This document shows positions 37,216-48,400 of a stretch of 64,000 nt of DNA, in pieces. Under the pieces are notes generated by a model. That model had not been told where the DNA came from. It saw nothing but the letters and a program-made list of their open reading frames with translations, and made no database searches. How positions within the stretch are numbered: position 1 is the first letter of the stretch; each line of letters opens with the position of its first letter. Source of the DNA: Bacteroidia bacterium (lineage in GTDB: Bacteria; Bacteroidota; Bacteroidia; JABEUT01); assembly GCA_052325425.1 (NCBI GenBank), contig JBKQUY010000034.1:25-64024 (forward strand), read 5' to 3'. The translations under genes were made by a program, and so were the position numbers.

Positions 37216-38920
37216 ATGCTTTCACGTCTTTCAAATTCAGTTCAAGGCTGGTAACGCCGTTCCATTCGTTTTCCCTCAAACTGTAACTGAGCCTGAATGG
37301 CTTGCCGGAAGCGGCAATTTTATGATGCTCACCCATATCGAAGCCTATAGCGTTAAAGGTAATATTCGGGTTATCGGCCTGTGCAACAGAGAGGCGAAGG
37401 TGGTTGCCGCCCACTACCTGGGGTTCACGGGTTGCAATAACATTGTCGGTGTAAAAAACAGGCGTCATATTTCCCGGCCCAAAGGGCGCCAGTTGCCGTA
37501 TGATGCGGTAAAGGGCTGGGTTAATGGCAGAGAATGCAAGGGGAGCGTCAATCTCTATCATAGGGCGGAGCAATTCTTCACTTATGCTTGCAGCAACTGT
37601 TTCTTCAAACATCTCCGAAAAAGCCTGCAGGTTTTCTTCCTTCATAGTAAGGCCTGCAGCATATTTATGACCTCCGAACTGTTCCAATAGCGCCGAGCAG
37701 GAATCTATGGCGTCGTATAAATCAAAATCTCTTACCGAACGGGCAGAACCTGTAATTTTTCCGTTGGAGCGGGTAAGTATTATGGTAGGGCGGTAATAAT
37801 GTTTTTCAATAAGCCGCGATGCCACAATGCCAATAACACCTTTGTGCCAGTTGGGGTTATAAAGCACGGTAGTTTTTTTATGTTTCAGGGCGCTGTCGGC
37901 CTCAATCATCCCAATGGCTTCCTGGGTAATCATGGCATCCACATCTCTTCTCTCAAAATTGGTCTTGTTGATAGATTCCCCCGAAAGCTTTGCCTTTTCA
38001 GGGTCATCGGCTATCAGCAACTCTACCGCGCTTTTACCTGTTTCAATTCTTCCTGCAGAATTTATGCGTGGGCCAAATACAAACACAAGGTCGTTAACGG
38101 TAATCTGTTTTTTTAGCTGCACCATGTCCATAATGGCCTTAAACCCTGCCCTCGGTGCGCTGTTTATTCTTTTTAACCCGTGATAGGTGAGGGTGCGGTT
38201 TTCGCCTGTAATAGGAACTATATCAGATGCTATGCTAAGGCCTACAAGGTCTAAGTATTGCTCCAGCATATCGAAAGGCATATCGTAATTAATGGCCAGC
38301 GCCTGCACCAGCTTAAAACCTATGCCGCAACCGGGTAATTCTTTGTAGGGATATTCGCAATCACTCCTTTTAGGGTTGAGCACAGCCACAGCTTCAGGTA
38401 ATGTTTTATCGGGCTTGTGATGGTCGCATATAATAAATTCTATTCCTTTTTCCTTAGCGTAACTTACCTTATCATGCGATTTAATACCGCAATCGAGGGC
38501 AATAATAAGTTTATACCCGTTTTCGGCCGCATAATCAATTCCTTTAAATGAAATGCCATATCCCTCGGCATAGCGGTCAGGTATATAATAACCGCAATTC
38601 AGGCCAAGCCACTTTAAAAAAGTATAAACCAATGCCACCGATGAAGTTCCGTCCACATCATAGTCTCCGTAAATCAATATTTTTTCACGGTTCAGCGCAG
38701 CGTCGGCAATACGCTTTACCGCTTTATCCATATCCTTCATCTTAAATGGGTCATGCAGCGATTTAAGATCGGGCCTGAAAAATTCTTTCGCCTGGTCATA
38801 TGTTTCTACCCCGCGTTGCACCAGCAGGTTGGCAATAACGGCATTTACACCTAAAACTTCTCCCAGCTTGCTCACCTTGTTGGCGGGAGCCTGTTCCTTT
38901 ACATTCCAGCGTTTTTCCAT
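37214..38920 (-). CDS. recJ: Single-stranded-DNA-specific exonuclease RecJ
   Basis: 568 aa. DHH motifs (YGDYDVDGTSS, DHH region) and a DHHA1 domain (GGHKYAAG). Confidence 0.9.
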   Translation of the reverse strand: MEKRWNVKEQAPANKVSKLGEVLGVNAVIANLLVQRGVETYDQAKEFFRPDLKSLHDPFKMKDMDKAVKRIADAALNREKILIYGDYDVDGTSSVALVYTFLKWLGLNCGYYIPDRYAEGYGISFKGIDYAAENGYKLIIALDCGIKSHDKVSYAKEKGIEFIICDHHKPDKTLPEAVAVLNPKRSDCEYPYKELPGCGIGFKLVQALAINYDMPFDMLEQYLDLVGLSIASDIVPITGENRTLTYHGLKRINSAPRAGFKAIMDMVQLKKQITVNDLVFVFGPRINSAGRIETGKSAVELLIADDPEKAKLSGESINKTNFERRDVDAMITQEAIGMIEADSALKHKKTTVLYNPNWHKGVIGIVASRLIEKHYYRPTIILTRSNGKITGSARSVRDFDLYDAIDSCSALLEQFGGHKYAAGLTMKEENLQAFSEMFEETVAASISEELLRPMIEIDAPLAFSAINPALYRIIRQLAPFGPGNMTPVFYTDNVIATREPQVVGGNHLRLSVAQADNPNITFNAIGFDMGEHHKIAASGKPFRLSYSLRENEWNGVTSLELNLKDVKA

Positions 38921-38938
38921 ATAAAATTATCAAATGGC

Positions 38939-39910
38939 TTATAGCTGATGGCTAATAGCTATTGGCTCTGTTTCTCTTTGCTTATATTCATCCAAACATT
39001 TATCGCTGCAGCATTCTTTTCTTTCTTCCGAACACTTTTCGCATTGTATATGCAGGGTATGGCAGGGTGGGTTGCCGCAGTTAATCTGCCTGTCGGTAAC
39101 CGTTCCGCAAACATGGCAACTGCTTAAAATATCTTCAGTAACACGCTCTCCCAGCCTTTCGTCAAACACAAAATTTTTACCGATAAACTTCGACTGCAAT
39201 CCATGCTTCTTTATTTCGTGCACATATTGTATGATGCCTCCGTCGAGCTGGTAAACTTTTTGGTACCCGCTATGCTTCAGCCATGCACTGGCTTTTTCGC
39301 AACGCACCCCGCCGGTACAATAGAGCAATATGTTTTTATCTTTTTTGTCTTCCAGTAATTCCAGCACCATTGGCAGTTCCTCGCGGAAGGTCTTTACATC
39401 AGGACATATAGCGTTATAAAAGCGTCCCACTTCGCTCTCGTAATTGTTGCGCATGTCAACTACCACGGTACCGGGCTCATCTACCATTTTATGAAAGGTG
39501 AGAGCATCGAGCCTCTGCCCTGTATTTTCAGTATCGAATGCATTATCTTCCAGTCCGTCGGCCACTATCTTTTTACGTACTTTTATTATCAGAGCAAAGA
39601 AGGATTTATCATCATTTATAATGGCATACTTAAAAGGAACATTGGCAAAAAGCGGGTTATGGTAAAGATTTTCCTTAAAATCGCGGAAATAATGTTCGGG
39701 TACGCTGAGCTGGGCGTTGATGCCTTCGTGCGCAACATAGATACGGCCCAATACCTTAATGCTCTGCCAGTATGCATATAGCTCATCCCTGAGCCGCTGC
39801 GGGTCGGCAATATTTACATAGCGGTAAAATGAAAGGGTAACCCGTTCGAATGGTTCCGCTTCCACTTTCTTGCGTAATTCTTTTTTATTTACACGGTTAT
39901 ACAGAAACAT
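38939..39910 (-). CDS. trhO: Rhodanese-domain tRNA uridine(34) hydroxylase TrhO (YceA/UPF0176 family) with a Cys-rich C-terminal extension
   Basis: 323 aa. UPF0176 block RIYVAHEGINAQLSVPE. Rhodanese active-site Cys in YCTGGVRCEKASAWL. C-terminal CHVCG...CGNPPCH...CEKC cluster. Confidence 0.7.
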   Translation of the reverse strand: MFLYNRVNKKELRKKVEAEPFERVTLSFYRYVNIADPQRLRDELYAYWQSIKVLGRIYVAHEGINAQLSVPEHYFRDFKENLYHNPLFANVPFKYAIINDDKSFFALIIKVRKKIVADGLEDNAFDTENTGQRLDALTFHKMVDEPGTVVVDMRNNYESEVGRFYNAICPDVKTFREELPMVLELLEDKKDKNILLYCTGGVRCEKASAWLKHSGYQKVYQLDGGIIQYVHEIKKHGLQSKFIGKNFVFDERLGERVTEDILSSCHVCGTVTDRQINCGNPPCHTLHIQCEKCSEERKECCSDKCLDEYKQRETEPIAISHQL

Positions 39911-39997
39911 CAGATTCCTTACATGATGGCAAATGTAGCATGTTTTTACCTAAAAACCATGCTATTTTACTGTTTTTAATATACCTAATATAATAAA

Positions 39998-40020
39998 GGG
40001 CGGACAAATATGGTCCGCCC
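39998..40020 (-). terminator. Rho-independent terminator for the methyltransferase gene at 40050..40973
   Basis: Perfect 8-bp stem GGGCGGAC / GTCCGCCC with a 7-nt loop. On the minus strand it is followed by TTTATTA. Confidence 0.6.
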
Positions 40021-40049
40021 TGGTGATTTAATTTGCTGCCTGGTAAATA

Positions 40050-40973
40050 CTAATCTCTTACCTTTTCAAATACCATCCTGTAATGCTCGAATATTTCTCT
40101 CTCGAAAATCATGAGGTTAGCATCGGTATTCCATCTTTGTATAAAATCGCGGAATTCCTTGCTCCTGGCATATCTTGGCAGCAGCGATAAGAAATACAAA
40201 TATTTTTTAAAACTAAACTGCACGAATTTCTCCGACCACCTGTCAATGGTTTCCATATAATCTAACCTGCCGCTGTCAATAGAAATCAGCTTAAAGTATT
40301 TCGATAAAGGTTCAATAATTCCTTCTTTACCGTAAGGGAGCCAAGAGCCCGGAAATACATCGCAGATAATATCCATTAACTCTTCATTGGTAAATTCCTT
40401 TTTCCAGATATTGGTTTTACCAAAAGGAATATCCTCAAATTTAACCATATTTGGTCCAAATACCATTGTCTGGCAATAAAAGCGTCCGCCAACCGGCAAC
40501 AAATCAGCTATTTGCTTCGCATAGGTTTCATACACCTGTTTCTGCTTTCCTTCCTTATATTCTTCCACTGAACACAAGTGCTCTGGGCTTCCCATAGCAG
40601 TTACCGCATCAAACTTTCCGAATGTTTCCGGTGTAATAGCCTTAGCGTCCATGTGTTTTACATTCAGGCCGTTTTTAATACAGGCATCAGCTTGTCCCTT
40701 GGCTAATACAACACCATAGGTGTTTACGCCCATCTTATTCATATAATCTATAAAAGCGCCCCATCCGCAACCGATATCAAGAACTTTTGAGCCCTTTTTA
40801 ATATTACAGTTATCAACAATAAACTTGTGTTTTTTTTCCTGCGCCTGTTCAATGGTCATTGAAAAATCACCATCAAATCTTGCGCCACTATATGCGCCTT
40901 TTTCGCCTACGCTATAGCGGAAAATTTTATCCATTATAGTGTAATGCGCATCTAAATCCTTTTGTACTGCCAT
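40050..40973 (-). CDS. Class I SAM-dependent methyltransferase of the cyclopropane-fatty-acyl-phospholipid synthase (CMAS) family
   Basis: 307 aa. Motif I VLDIGCGWGAF in a CMAS-like setting. Confidence 0.7.
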   Translation of the reverse strand: MAVQKDLDAHYTIMDKIFRYSVGEKGAYSGARFDGDFSMTIEQAQEKKHKFIVDNCNIKKGSKVLDIGCGWGAFIDYMNKMGVNTYGVVLAKGQADACIKNGLNVKHMDAKAITPETFGKFDAVTAMGSPEHLCSVEEYKEGKQKQVYETYAKQIADLLPVGGRFYCQTMVFGPNMVKFEDIPFGKTNIWKKEFTNEELMDIICDVFPGSWLPYGKEGIIEPLSKYFKLISIDSGRLDYMETIDRWSEKFVQFSFKKYLYFLSLLPRYARSKEFRDFIQRWNTDANLMIFEREIFEHYRMVFEKVRD

Positions 40974-41115
40974 GTTTGTTTAATTTGTTTTAATTATTAT
41001 TCAATATAATCACCTTACCAGGGCAATAGCCTGTGTAAAGTGACTGGCGAAGATACATAAATTATAATATCATGGTTATTCAACCCCTGATAAAACGCAA
41101 TGCAATAAAATAACA

Positions 41116-43569
41116 TCAACTGGTTGCAGGCGCCAAGCCTTTAACCTTTTTCTCCACGCTGTTAATAGCATTTATAGTTTTGAAAACAGAATCAGGCGTA
41201 ACTGAAATACTGTCAATGCCTTCCTCGACCAGGAATTTTGCAAAGTCAGGAAAATCAGATGGCCCTTGTCCGCAGATGCCCACTTTTACTTTTGCTTTTT
41301 TGGCAGTTTTAATAAGTAGACTCAGCATAGCTTTCACTGCCGGGTTGCGTTCATCGTATAAATGTGCCACCAATGATGAATCCCTGTCGAGTCCGAGGGT
41401 TAATTGCGTAAGGTCATTGGAACCTATAGAGAACCCGTCAATATGTTTCGCGAAATCTTTTGCCAGAATAATATTCGAGGGAATTTCAGCCATCAGGTAA
41501 ACTTCGAGGCCGTTCTCGCCCCTTGTCAGCCCATATTCCGACATCACCTCCTGCACTTTCAAAAGCTCTTCCACAGTGCGGCAGAAGGGAATCATTACCA
41601 CTACGTTCTTTAATCCCATTTTTTCGCGCACCCTGCGTATAGCCTTGCACTCCAGGCCAAATGCTTCTTTATAATCTTTCGAATAATAACGTGAAGCCCC
41701 TCTCCATCCTATCATAGGGTTTTCTTCATCGGGCTCAAAATATTTTCCGCCCAGCAGGTTTTTATACTCATTGCTCTTGAAATCGGAGAAGCGGACAATG
41801 ACTTTATTCGGGTAAAAAGCGCTGGCTATTTTAGCAATTCCATACGACAATTTTTTTACAAAGAATGTTTCTTCATTCTCGTAACCTGCTATAATCTTAT
41901 GTATTTTATCAGACAATTCCTTGTCTCCCAATTTATGGTGCCTTAATAAGGCCATAGGGTGAGCCTGTATATAGTTATTGATGATAAATTCCTCCCTTGC
42001 CAGCCCTACACCCGCGTTTGGTATATGCGAAAAGTGAAAAGCCATATCAGGTGAAGCGACATTGAGCATAATTGGCGTTTTTGTCTTGGGAAAATCATTT
42101 ACATTCAATTCAATTTTCCTGTATTCAATATTCCCTCCATAAATTATTCCCGTATCTCCCTCACCGCACGAAACTGTCACGTACTGGTCATCGGCCAGTA
42201 TTTCGGTAGCATTGCGGCAGCCCACAATGGCAGGCACGCCCATTTCTCTTGCTACAATGGCTGCATGGCATGTTCTTCCTCCTTTATTGGTAATAATAGC
42301 TGCGGCTTTTTTCATTATCGGTTCCCAGTCCGGGTCGGTCATGTCAGTTACCAAAATATCTCCTGCCTGGAAATCGTCTCCGTCAAGGTTGCCGGTACGG
42401 CCGTCAAGCGAATACATTATTTTTACCTTCCCGACCGCTATTTTATCGCCTACCGCTATACCTTTCAATAATACCTTTTCATTACGGCTTTCATCATCAA
42501 TTTTATATTCTGTAATCTTGCCATTATCCTTCTGCGAATGAATCGTCTCCGGCCTTGCCTGGACAATAAACAGTTCATTCGATAATCCGTCAACCGCCCA
42601 TTCTACATCCATCGGGCACCATTTATTTTTCAATTTTGAATAATATTCTTCAATAGTAGTTACCCATTGTGCCAATTGCAAGGCACGTTCATCAGAAATG
42701 CAAAAACTTTGCTGGGCATGTTTTTCAATAGGTATTATCCTTACGCGCTCATCCGGGTCATCGCCATATACCATTTTCTTATCCTTTACACCCATTTTCT
42801 TTTCTATAATTGGCGAATAGGCGCCGTTAAGCGTAGGCTTGAATATTATATATTCGTCGGGCGAAACAGAGCCCTGCACAATCATTTCACCCAATCCGTA
42901 AGAACCATTTATAACCACTACATCTTTAAACCCGCTTTCTGTATCCAGCGAGAACGCTACTCCAGAAGCTGCCAAATCGGAACGCACCATTTTCTGAACA
43001 CAAACTGATAAGCCCACCTGGAAATGGTCGTAGCCGAAATTCTGCCTGTAACTAATAGCCCTGTCGGTAAAAAGCGATGCAAAGCAGTTGCGGACTGAAT
43101 TTATCAATGATTCAGCTCCGCGGACATTCAGGTAAGTCTCCTGCTGCCCTGCAAAAGAAGCGTCGGGTAAATCCTCTGCGGTAGCTGATGAACGTACGGC
43201 AACATCGGTTATATCTTGTTTGTATTTAGCCGATAATTGCGAATAAGCTTCTATTATCTGTGTTTCTATTTCATCGGGGAATTTCCCGTTTTTTATCAGT
43301 TGGCGCACCTGTAACCCGCCCCTGCGAAGCGATTCGATATTATTCAAATCAATTTTATTGATAATCTCTTTTATTATCGCATCAAGGTTATTATGCTCTA
43401 TAAATTTTTTATAAGCAGCCACAGTAACCACAAAACCGGCAGGAATATTTATGCCAAGCTGGGTAAGGTGCTGAAGCATTTCTCCGAGAGACGCGTTTTT
43501 TCCGCCTACAATCTGAATATCGGAATGGCCGACTTCTTCAAGTTTAAGAATGTAATTTGCTGTTTTCAT
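41116..43569 (-). CDS. ppsA: Phosphoenolpyruvate synthase (pyruvate, water dikinase)
   Basis: 817 aa. ATP-grasp N-terminal domain, the phospho-His domain (GGRTCHAAIVAREMG) and the PEP-utilising TIM-barrel C-terminal domain. Confidence 0.9.
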   Translation of the reverse strand: MKTANYILKLEEVGHSDIQIVGGKNASLGEMLQHLTQLGINIPAGFVVTVAAYKKFIEHNNLDAIIKEIINKIDLNNIESLRRGGLQVRQLIKNGKFPDEIETQIIEAYSQLSAKYKQDITDVAVRSSATAEDLPDASFAGQQETYLNVRGAESLINSVRNCFASLFTDRAISYRQNFGYDHFQVGLSVCVQKMVRSDLAASGVAFSLDTESGFKDVVVINGSYGLGEMIVQGSVSPDEYIIFKPTLNGAYSPIIEKKMGVKDKKMVYGDDPDERVRIIPIEKHAQQSFCISDERALQLAQWVTTIEEYYSKLKNKWCPMDVEWAVDGLSNELFIVQARPETIHSQKDNGKITEYKIDDESRNEKVLLKGIAVGDKIAVGKVKIMYSLDGRTGNLDGDDFQAGDILVTDMTDPDWEPIMKKAAAIITNKGGRTCHAAIVAREMGVPAIVGCRNATEILADDQYVTVSCGEGDTGIIYGGNIEYRKIELNVNDFPKTKTPIMLNVASPDMAFHFSHIPNAGVGLAREEFIINNYIQAHPMALLRHHKLGDKELSDKIHKIIAGYENEETFFVKKLSYGIAKIASAFYPNKVIVRFSDFKSNEYKNLLGGKYFEPDEENPMIGWRGASRYYSKDYKEAFGLECKAIRRVREKMGLKNVVVMIPFCRTVEELLKVQEVMSEYGLTRGENGLEVYLMAEIPSNIILAKDFAKHIDGFSIGSNDLTQLTLGLDRDSSLVAHLYDERNPAVKAMLSLLIKTAKKAKVKVGICGQGPSDFPDFAKFLVEEGIDSISVTPDSVFKTINAINSVEKKVKGLAPATS

Positions 43570-43742
43570 TGTATGAATATATAGGAAAATTTAGGTTTTT
43601 GTAAAATTATACAAACACTTCCTAATGGGTGTAAAAATTTTGTCAACAAAAGAATAACAGTTATAAGTAAACTTGGAATCAAGTTTATAAAATGAAGAAT
43701 TGCTAAATCTAAGACTATAATGTTTCTATGTCTAAGGGGTAT

Positions 43743-45251
43743 TTAAAATCTCTCCGGCCTCATCTGCGGGAAGAAAATCACATCCTGAATAGAAGGTGAA
43801 TTGGTCATTAGCATGACGAGCCTGTCAATACCTATACCTACGCCAGATGTTGGAGGCATACCATATTCAATGGCCCGTAAAAAATCATTGTCTATGGTCA
43901 TGGCCTCTTCATCGCCCTTTTCGGCTAATCTCATCTGGTCCTCAAAACGGGCGCGCTGGTCAATGGGGTCATTCAATTCACTATATGCGTTGCACAATTC
44001 TTTCCCATTAATAAACATTTCAAAGCGTTCAACCAGGCCCGGCGTGGAACGATGCTTTTTGCATAAAGGAGACATCTCAACCGGGTAATCTGTTATAAAT
44101 GTGGGCTGTATATAATAATGCTGGCACCTGGCTGAAAATATTTCATCTATCAGCTTTCCTTTTCCCATAGATGGTGCAACATCTATTTTCAAATCATTGC
44201 ATACCTTTCTTAATTCTTCTTCATTCATTGCCGACACATCAAGGCCTGTATGTTCTTTGATGGCATCGAACAGGCGTATCCTTTTGAATGGCCTGCGGAA
44301 ATCAAGCATATTTCCTCCGCTTTGCACTTTTGTTGTATTGTATAAATCCATGGCTATTTTTTCCAGCATCTCCTCGACTAACGACATCATCCATTCATAA
44401 TCCTTATAGGCTACATAAAGTTCCATCATGGTAAATTCAGGATTGTGCGTCCTGTCCATGCCTTCGTTGCGGAAATCTTTAGCAAATTCATATACTGCGT
44501 CAAAGCCTCCCACAATAAGGCGTTTCAGGTAAAGTTCATCGGCAATGCGGAGGTATAAAGGTATATCGAGGGCATTATGATGAGTAACGAACGGCTTTGC
44601 CGCAGCACCGCCGGGTATGGACTGAAGGATAGGTGTTTCCACTTCGAGGTAGCCTCTTTCATTTAAAAAATTGCGCATGGAATTAATAATCAGGGTGCGC
44701 TGAACAAATACATTCCGTACTTCAGGGTTTATAATCAGGTCAACATAGCGCTGGCGGTAACGTAATTCAGGGTCAGTAACCTCATCGTGCGCTTTGCCTT
44801 CGCTGTCAATTTTTACAACAGGCAAAGGCCTGACAGCTTTTGCCAGCAGAGTAAAAGATGTCACATGAATTGAAATTGTACCGGTATTGGTAGTAAATAC
44901 GAATCCTTTAACGCCAATAATATCGCCAATATCAATAAGTTTTTTAAAGATAGAATTGTAAAGGGTTTTATCTTCCCCGGGGCAAATTTCATCACGTTTT
45001 ACATAAATCTGTATCCGGCCGTGGGTGTCCTGTATTTCGGCAAAAGATGCATTGCCCATAGGGCGCAGGCTCATAATGCGCCCTGCTATGCTAATGTTTT
45101 TATAATTCAGCTTGTCGCGCTCGTAATTTTCAAGGATATCGGCAGAATTTGCATTTACCTCATAAAGTTCCGCGGGGTAAGGCTCTACACCGAGTTTTCT
45201 AATCTCATCTAATTTGTGCCGCCTGATTATTTCCTGTTCTGATAGTTCCAT
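43743..45251 (-). CDS. lysS: Lysyl-tRNA synthetase, class II
   Basis: Anticodon-binding OB fold and class-II motifs 1-3. The start is placed at MELSEQEIIRRHKLDE. The ORF is open 20 codons further upstream to 45311. Confidence 0.95.
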   Translation of the reverse strand: MELSEQEIIRRHKLDEIRKLGVEPYPAELYEVNANSADILENYERDKLNYKNISIAGRIMSLRPMGNASFAEIQDTHGRIQIYVKRDEICPGEDKTLYNSIFKKLIDIGDIIGVKGFVFTTNTGTISIHVTSFTLLAKAVRPLPVVKIDSEGKAHDEVTDPELRYRQRYVDLIINPEVRNVFVQRTLIINSMRNFLNERGYLEVETPILQSIPGGAAAKPFVTHHNALDIPLYLRIADELYLKRLIVGGFDAVYEFAKDFRNEGMDRTHNPEFTMMELYVAYKDYEWMMSLVEEMLEKIAMDLYNTTKVQSGGNMLDFRRPFKRIRLFDAIKEHTGLDVSAMNEEELRKVCNDLKIDVAPSMGKGKLIDEIFSARCQHYYIQPTFITDYPVEMSPLCKKHRSTPGLVERFEMFINGKELCNAYSELNDPIDQRARFEDQMRLAEKGDEEAMTIDNDFLRAIEYGMPPTSGVGIGIDRLVMLMTNSPSIQDVIFFPQMRPERF

Positions 45252-45348
45252 GAATAGTAATATTTGATAGTGTGAGCAAATATAGCAGAGAAGTGAATAA
45301 TGAACAGGCAAAAAAGGAAAATTAAAATAACCTGGCTATAAACAGCAT

Positions 45349-45381
45349 AAAAAAAACCTCCCTGTAAATTTTACAGAGAGG
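45349..45381 (-). terminator. Rho-independent terminator downstream of the giant adhesin gene
   Basis: Hairpin CCTCCCTGTA-aatt-TACAGAGAGG with one mismatch. On the minus strand it is followed by an 8-T run. Confidence 0.55.
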
Positions 45382-45405
45382 CTGGTGTGGCAGGGGGGAA
45401 GCAAT

Positions 45406-48400
45406 TTATTTTATAAGAGTTACCCTTCCTATATATGAATGAGGATTTTTAAAGATGTCAGTAAGTTTAATTATATATACGTAAGTATCTTCCTGGGCAA
45501 TATCCTGTCCTCCATTTGCTCTTCCATCCCATCCTTTTTCCATATTCTGTGTTTCAAATATTTTCATGCCCCAGCGGTCATATATCACCATATCGAAATC
45601 TACAACTCCAACCCCTTTACCGGTGAAATAATCGTTTAACCCATCTCCGTTAGGGGTAAATGCGTCGGGCACATAGAAGGTAAATTCAGGTGAAATATGC
45701 ACTTCATGTTTCGTTGTATCCGGGCAACCGAATGAATTATTGGTATATAAATGTACAGTGAATGTTCCGGTATCGGCATATCGGTGAGAGGGGCTTTCTT
45801 CAATCGAGAATGCAGAGTTATCTCCAAAATCCCATTTCCACTTATTGGTGTTAATTGAACCATCAATGAAATCAATTACCGGGTTTGTAATAGGCGCTGC
45901 ATCGGGATTGGCCGTAAAGTTTGCCTTCGCTGTCGGGTATATGGTAATGTTGGCAGGGGCAGAGGCTTTATTGCTGCATCCTGCAGGTGTGGTAACAATT
46001 ACAGTTACAAGATATAAACCTGACTGCGAATAAGAGTGTGAAATAGGGTTTGTATTACCAGTTGTTCCGTCTCCAAAATTCCATGCGTAACTGTCCGTTT
46101 TATTTGCGGCAGTAGTATCATCATAAGTAAATACTGCTCCTTTGCATGAAGCGGATGTTTTAGCCGGTATTTCAATATGGGGAAGGGGGTTTATTGTTAC
46201 AGGAATAGTTTTGGTTACCTCGCTTCCGCATTGATTCATTACAGTAACAGTAAATGTTGAATCATTGGTAATAATCAAATGAAATGGGCCGCTGCCGCTG
46301 TAACCATTGCTCCAGTGAATATTTACGCTACCCGAATTGGCGTTGGTAACATTGGCAAACAGGGTAACGGTATCTCCGTAGCAAATGAATTGATGCGGTG
46401 TAACGGATACGTCCGCAGGGCCAAGGTTCCAGGTGTTTATGGTTACTGTAGCGGGTGTACCGATACATCCTTTGCCATCAGTAGCCGTAATGGTATATGT
46501 GGTCGAATTAACCGGGGTTACATTCTGTGTAGCAATTGAACCAACGCCAGTGCTCCATTGGTATGTATATGTTCCATTGCCTCCATGTCCCGCGGCTACA
46601 ATAGTAACTGTTGTGCCACTGCAAATAGAGTCAGGTGCAGTGGCGGTTGTTGTAACGGGTGGGGGTTGTGTAATTGTAACTGTATCGCTCACCGGGCAGT
46701 TATGTGCGTCAGCAATATTTATAGTGTATGTGCCGGCGCTCAATTTTGAACCTTGATTGCTTGTCTGCGGAGGAACCGTGCTCCATAAATATTGATAAGG
46801 AAGAGTGCCGCCGCTTACAGCAACTGTTGCTGAACCATTGCTGTCTCCATAGCAAATAAGGTTTGTGGTATTTATTATGCTTGAAGTAAGTTTTGCCGGT
46901 TGCGTTACAATAACTGTGTCTTTTTTGGTACATCCGTTTGCGTCGGTCACAAGAACAGTATAAGTACCTATGCCTAAATTATCAGCCGTATCTCTATGTT
47001 GAGCAGGAGAAGTACTCCATATATATGTGTAAGATGGCACACCGCCGGAAACCAAGATGGTAGCCGACCCGTTTTGCAGGCCGTAACATGAAGGAGGTTG
47101 TACTGTTGTTGTTGCTGTAATTATCTTAGGCTGGGAAATATTTATAGTATCTTCAGTTATGCAGTTATGTGCATCAGTTACAGTTACAATGTATGTGCCT
47201 GTTGCCAGTTTCGTTGCACTGTCGCTTGTGCTGACTTTTGGAATCCATGAATAGGAATAGGGTGAAAAGCCGCCTTTGACGGTTATTTTAGCTGTGCCGT
47301 TGCTGCCTCCGTAGCAGCCAACATCTGTTGTGGAGTTTAGCTCCGATAATGCAGCGGGTTGCGCTACAATTATGGTAGATACATACTTGCAGTTATTGGA
47401 GTCGGTAACTGTAACTGTATATGTTCCTGCAGCCAGGTTGTTTGCAACTGAATTGCTTCCTCCATAAGGAGCCCAGGAATACTGATAAGGAGGTGTTCCT
47501 CCGCCGGCAACTATTGTGGCGCTGCCATTATTTCCGCCATTGCAGCTTGTACCCGATGAGGATGCTGAAGTAGCAATAGCTTTTGGTTGAGTGACATTTA
47601 TGGCAGATGTAATTGTACATCCGTTTGCATCAGTTGAAGTTACCGTATATGTTCCTGCAGTAAGATTATCTTCTGATGAGCCCTTACCTCCGCCTGGTGT
47701 CCATGAATAGGTATAAGGAGGTGTTCCGCCCGATACTGCATCAACAACGGAACCATTGTTTCCGCCATTACAGCTTACTTCAGTGGATGAAGGAATTGAT
47801 GCCAATGCAGCAGGTTGCGAAACCGAAACCAACGTGGAAGCGGTACATTGGTTGGAATCAGTAATTGTTACTGTATAAGTTCCTGCCTGGAGATTGCCCG
47901 CTGTTGCCGCATTACCTCCGGCCGGTGCCCATAAATACGTATAACCCGGGGTACCTCCGCTTATGGTTACCATAGCGCTGCCTGTATTGCCTCCGTTGCA
48001 TTTAACGGGTGTAGTTGTGACAATAGTCTTTATAACAGTGGGTTGTGTTACTGTTATTGTATCAATAGTAATGCAGCCGTTTTTATCGGTTATTGTTACA
48101 GAATATATCCCTGTAGTAATAGTATTGGCTGTTGAACCAGTCCCGCCCGAAGGAGCCCAGTTATATGTAAATGGTCCTGTGCCGCTTGTTATATGTACTA
48201 TGGCGCTGCCATTATTGCCACCGTAACAAAGTTCACCAATTTCAGATAAGGTAGCCGTGGGACCGGCAATATTATTGATTAAAACTGTTATTTGTTTGGT
48301 ACATCCGTTGGCATCAGTTATGGTACAGGTATATGTGTTTGCCGGAAGGTTCGAGTATGTCGCAGTATTTCCACCGGTGTAACCTGCAGGAGCCCAGCTA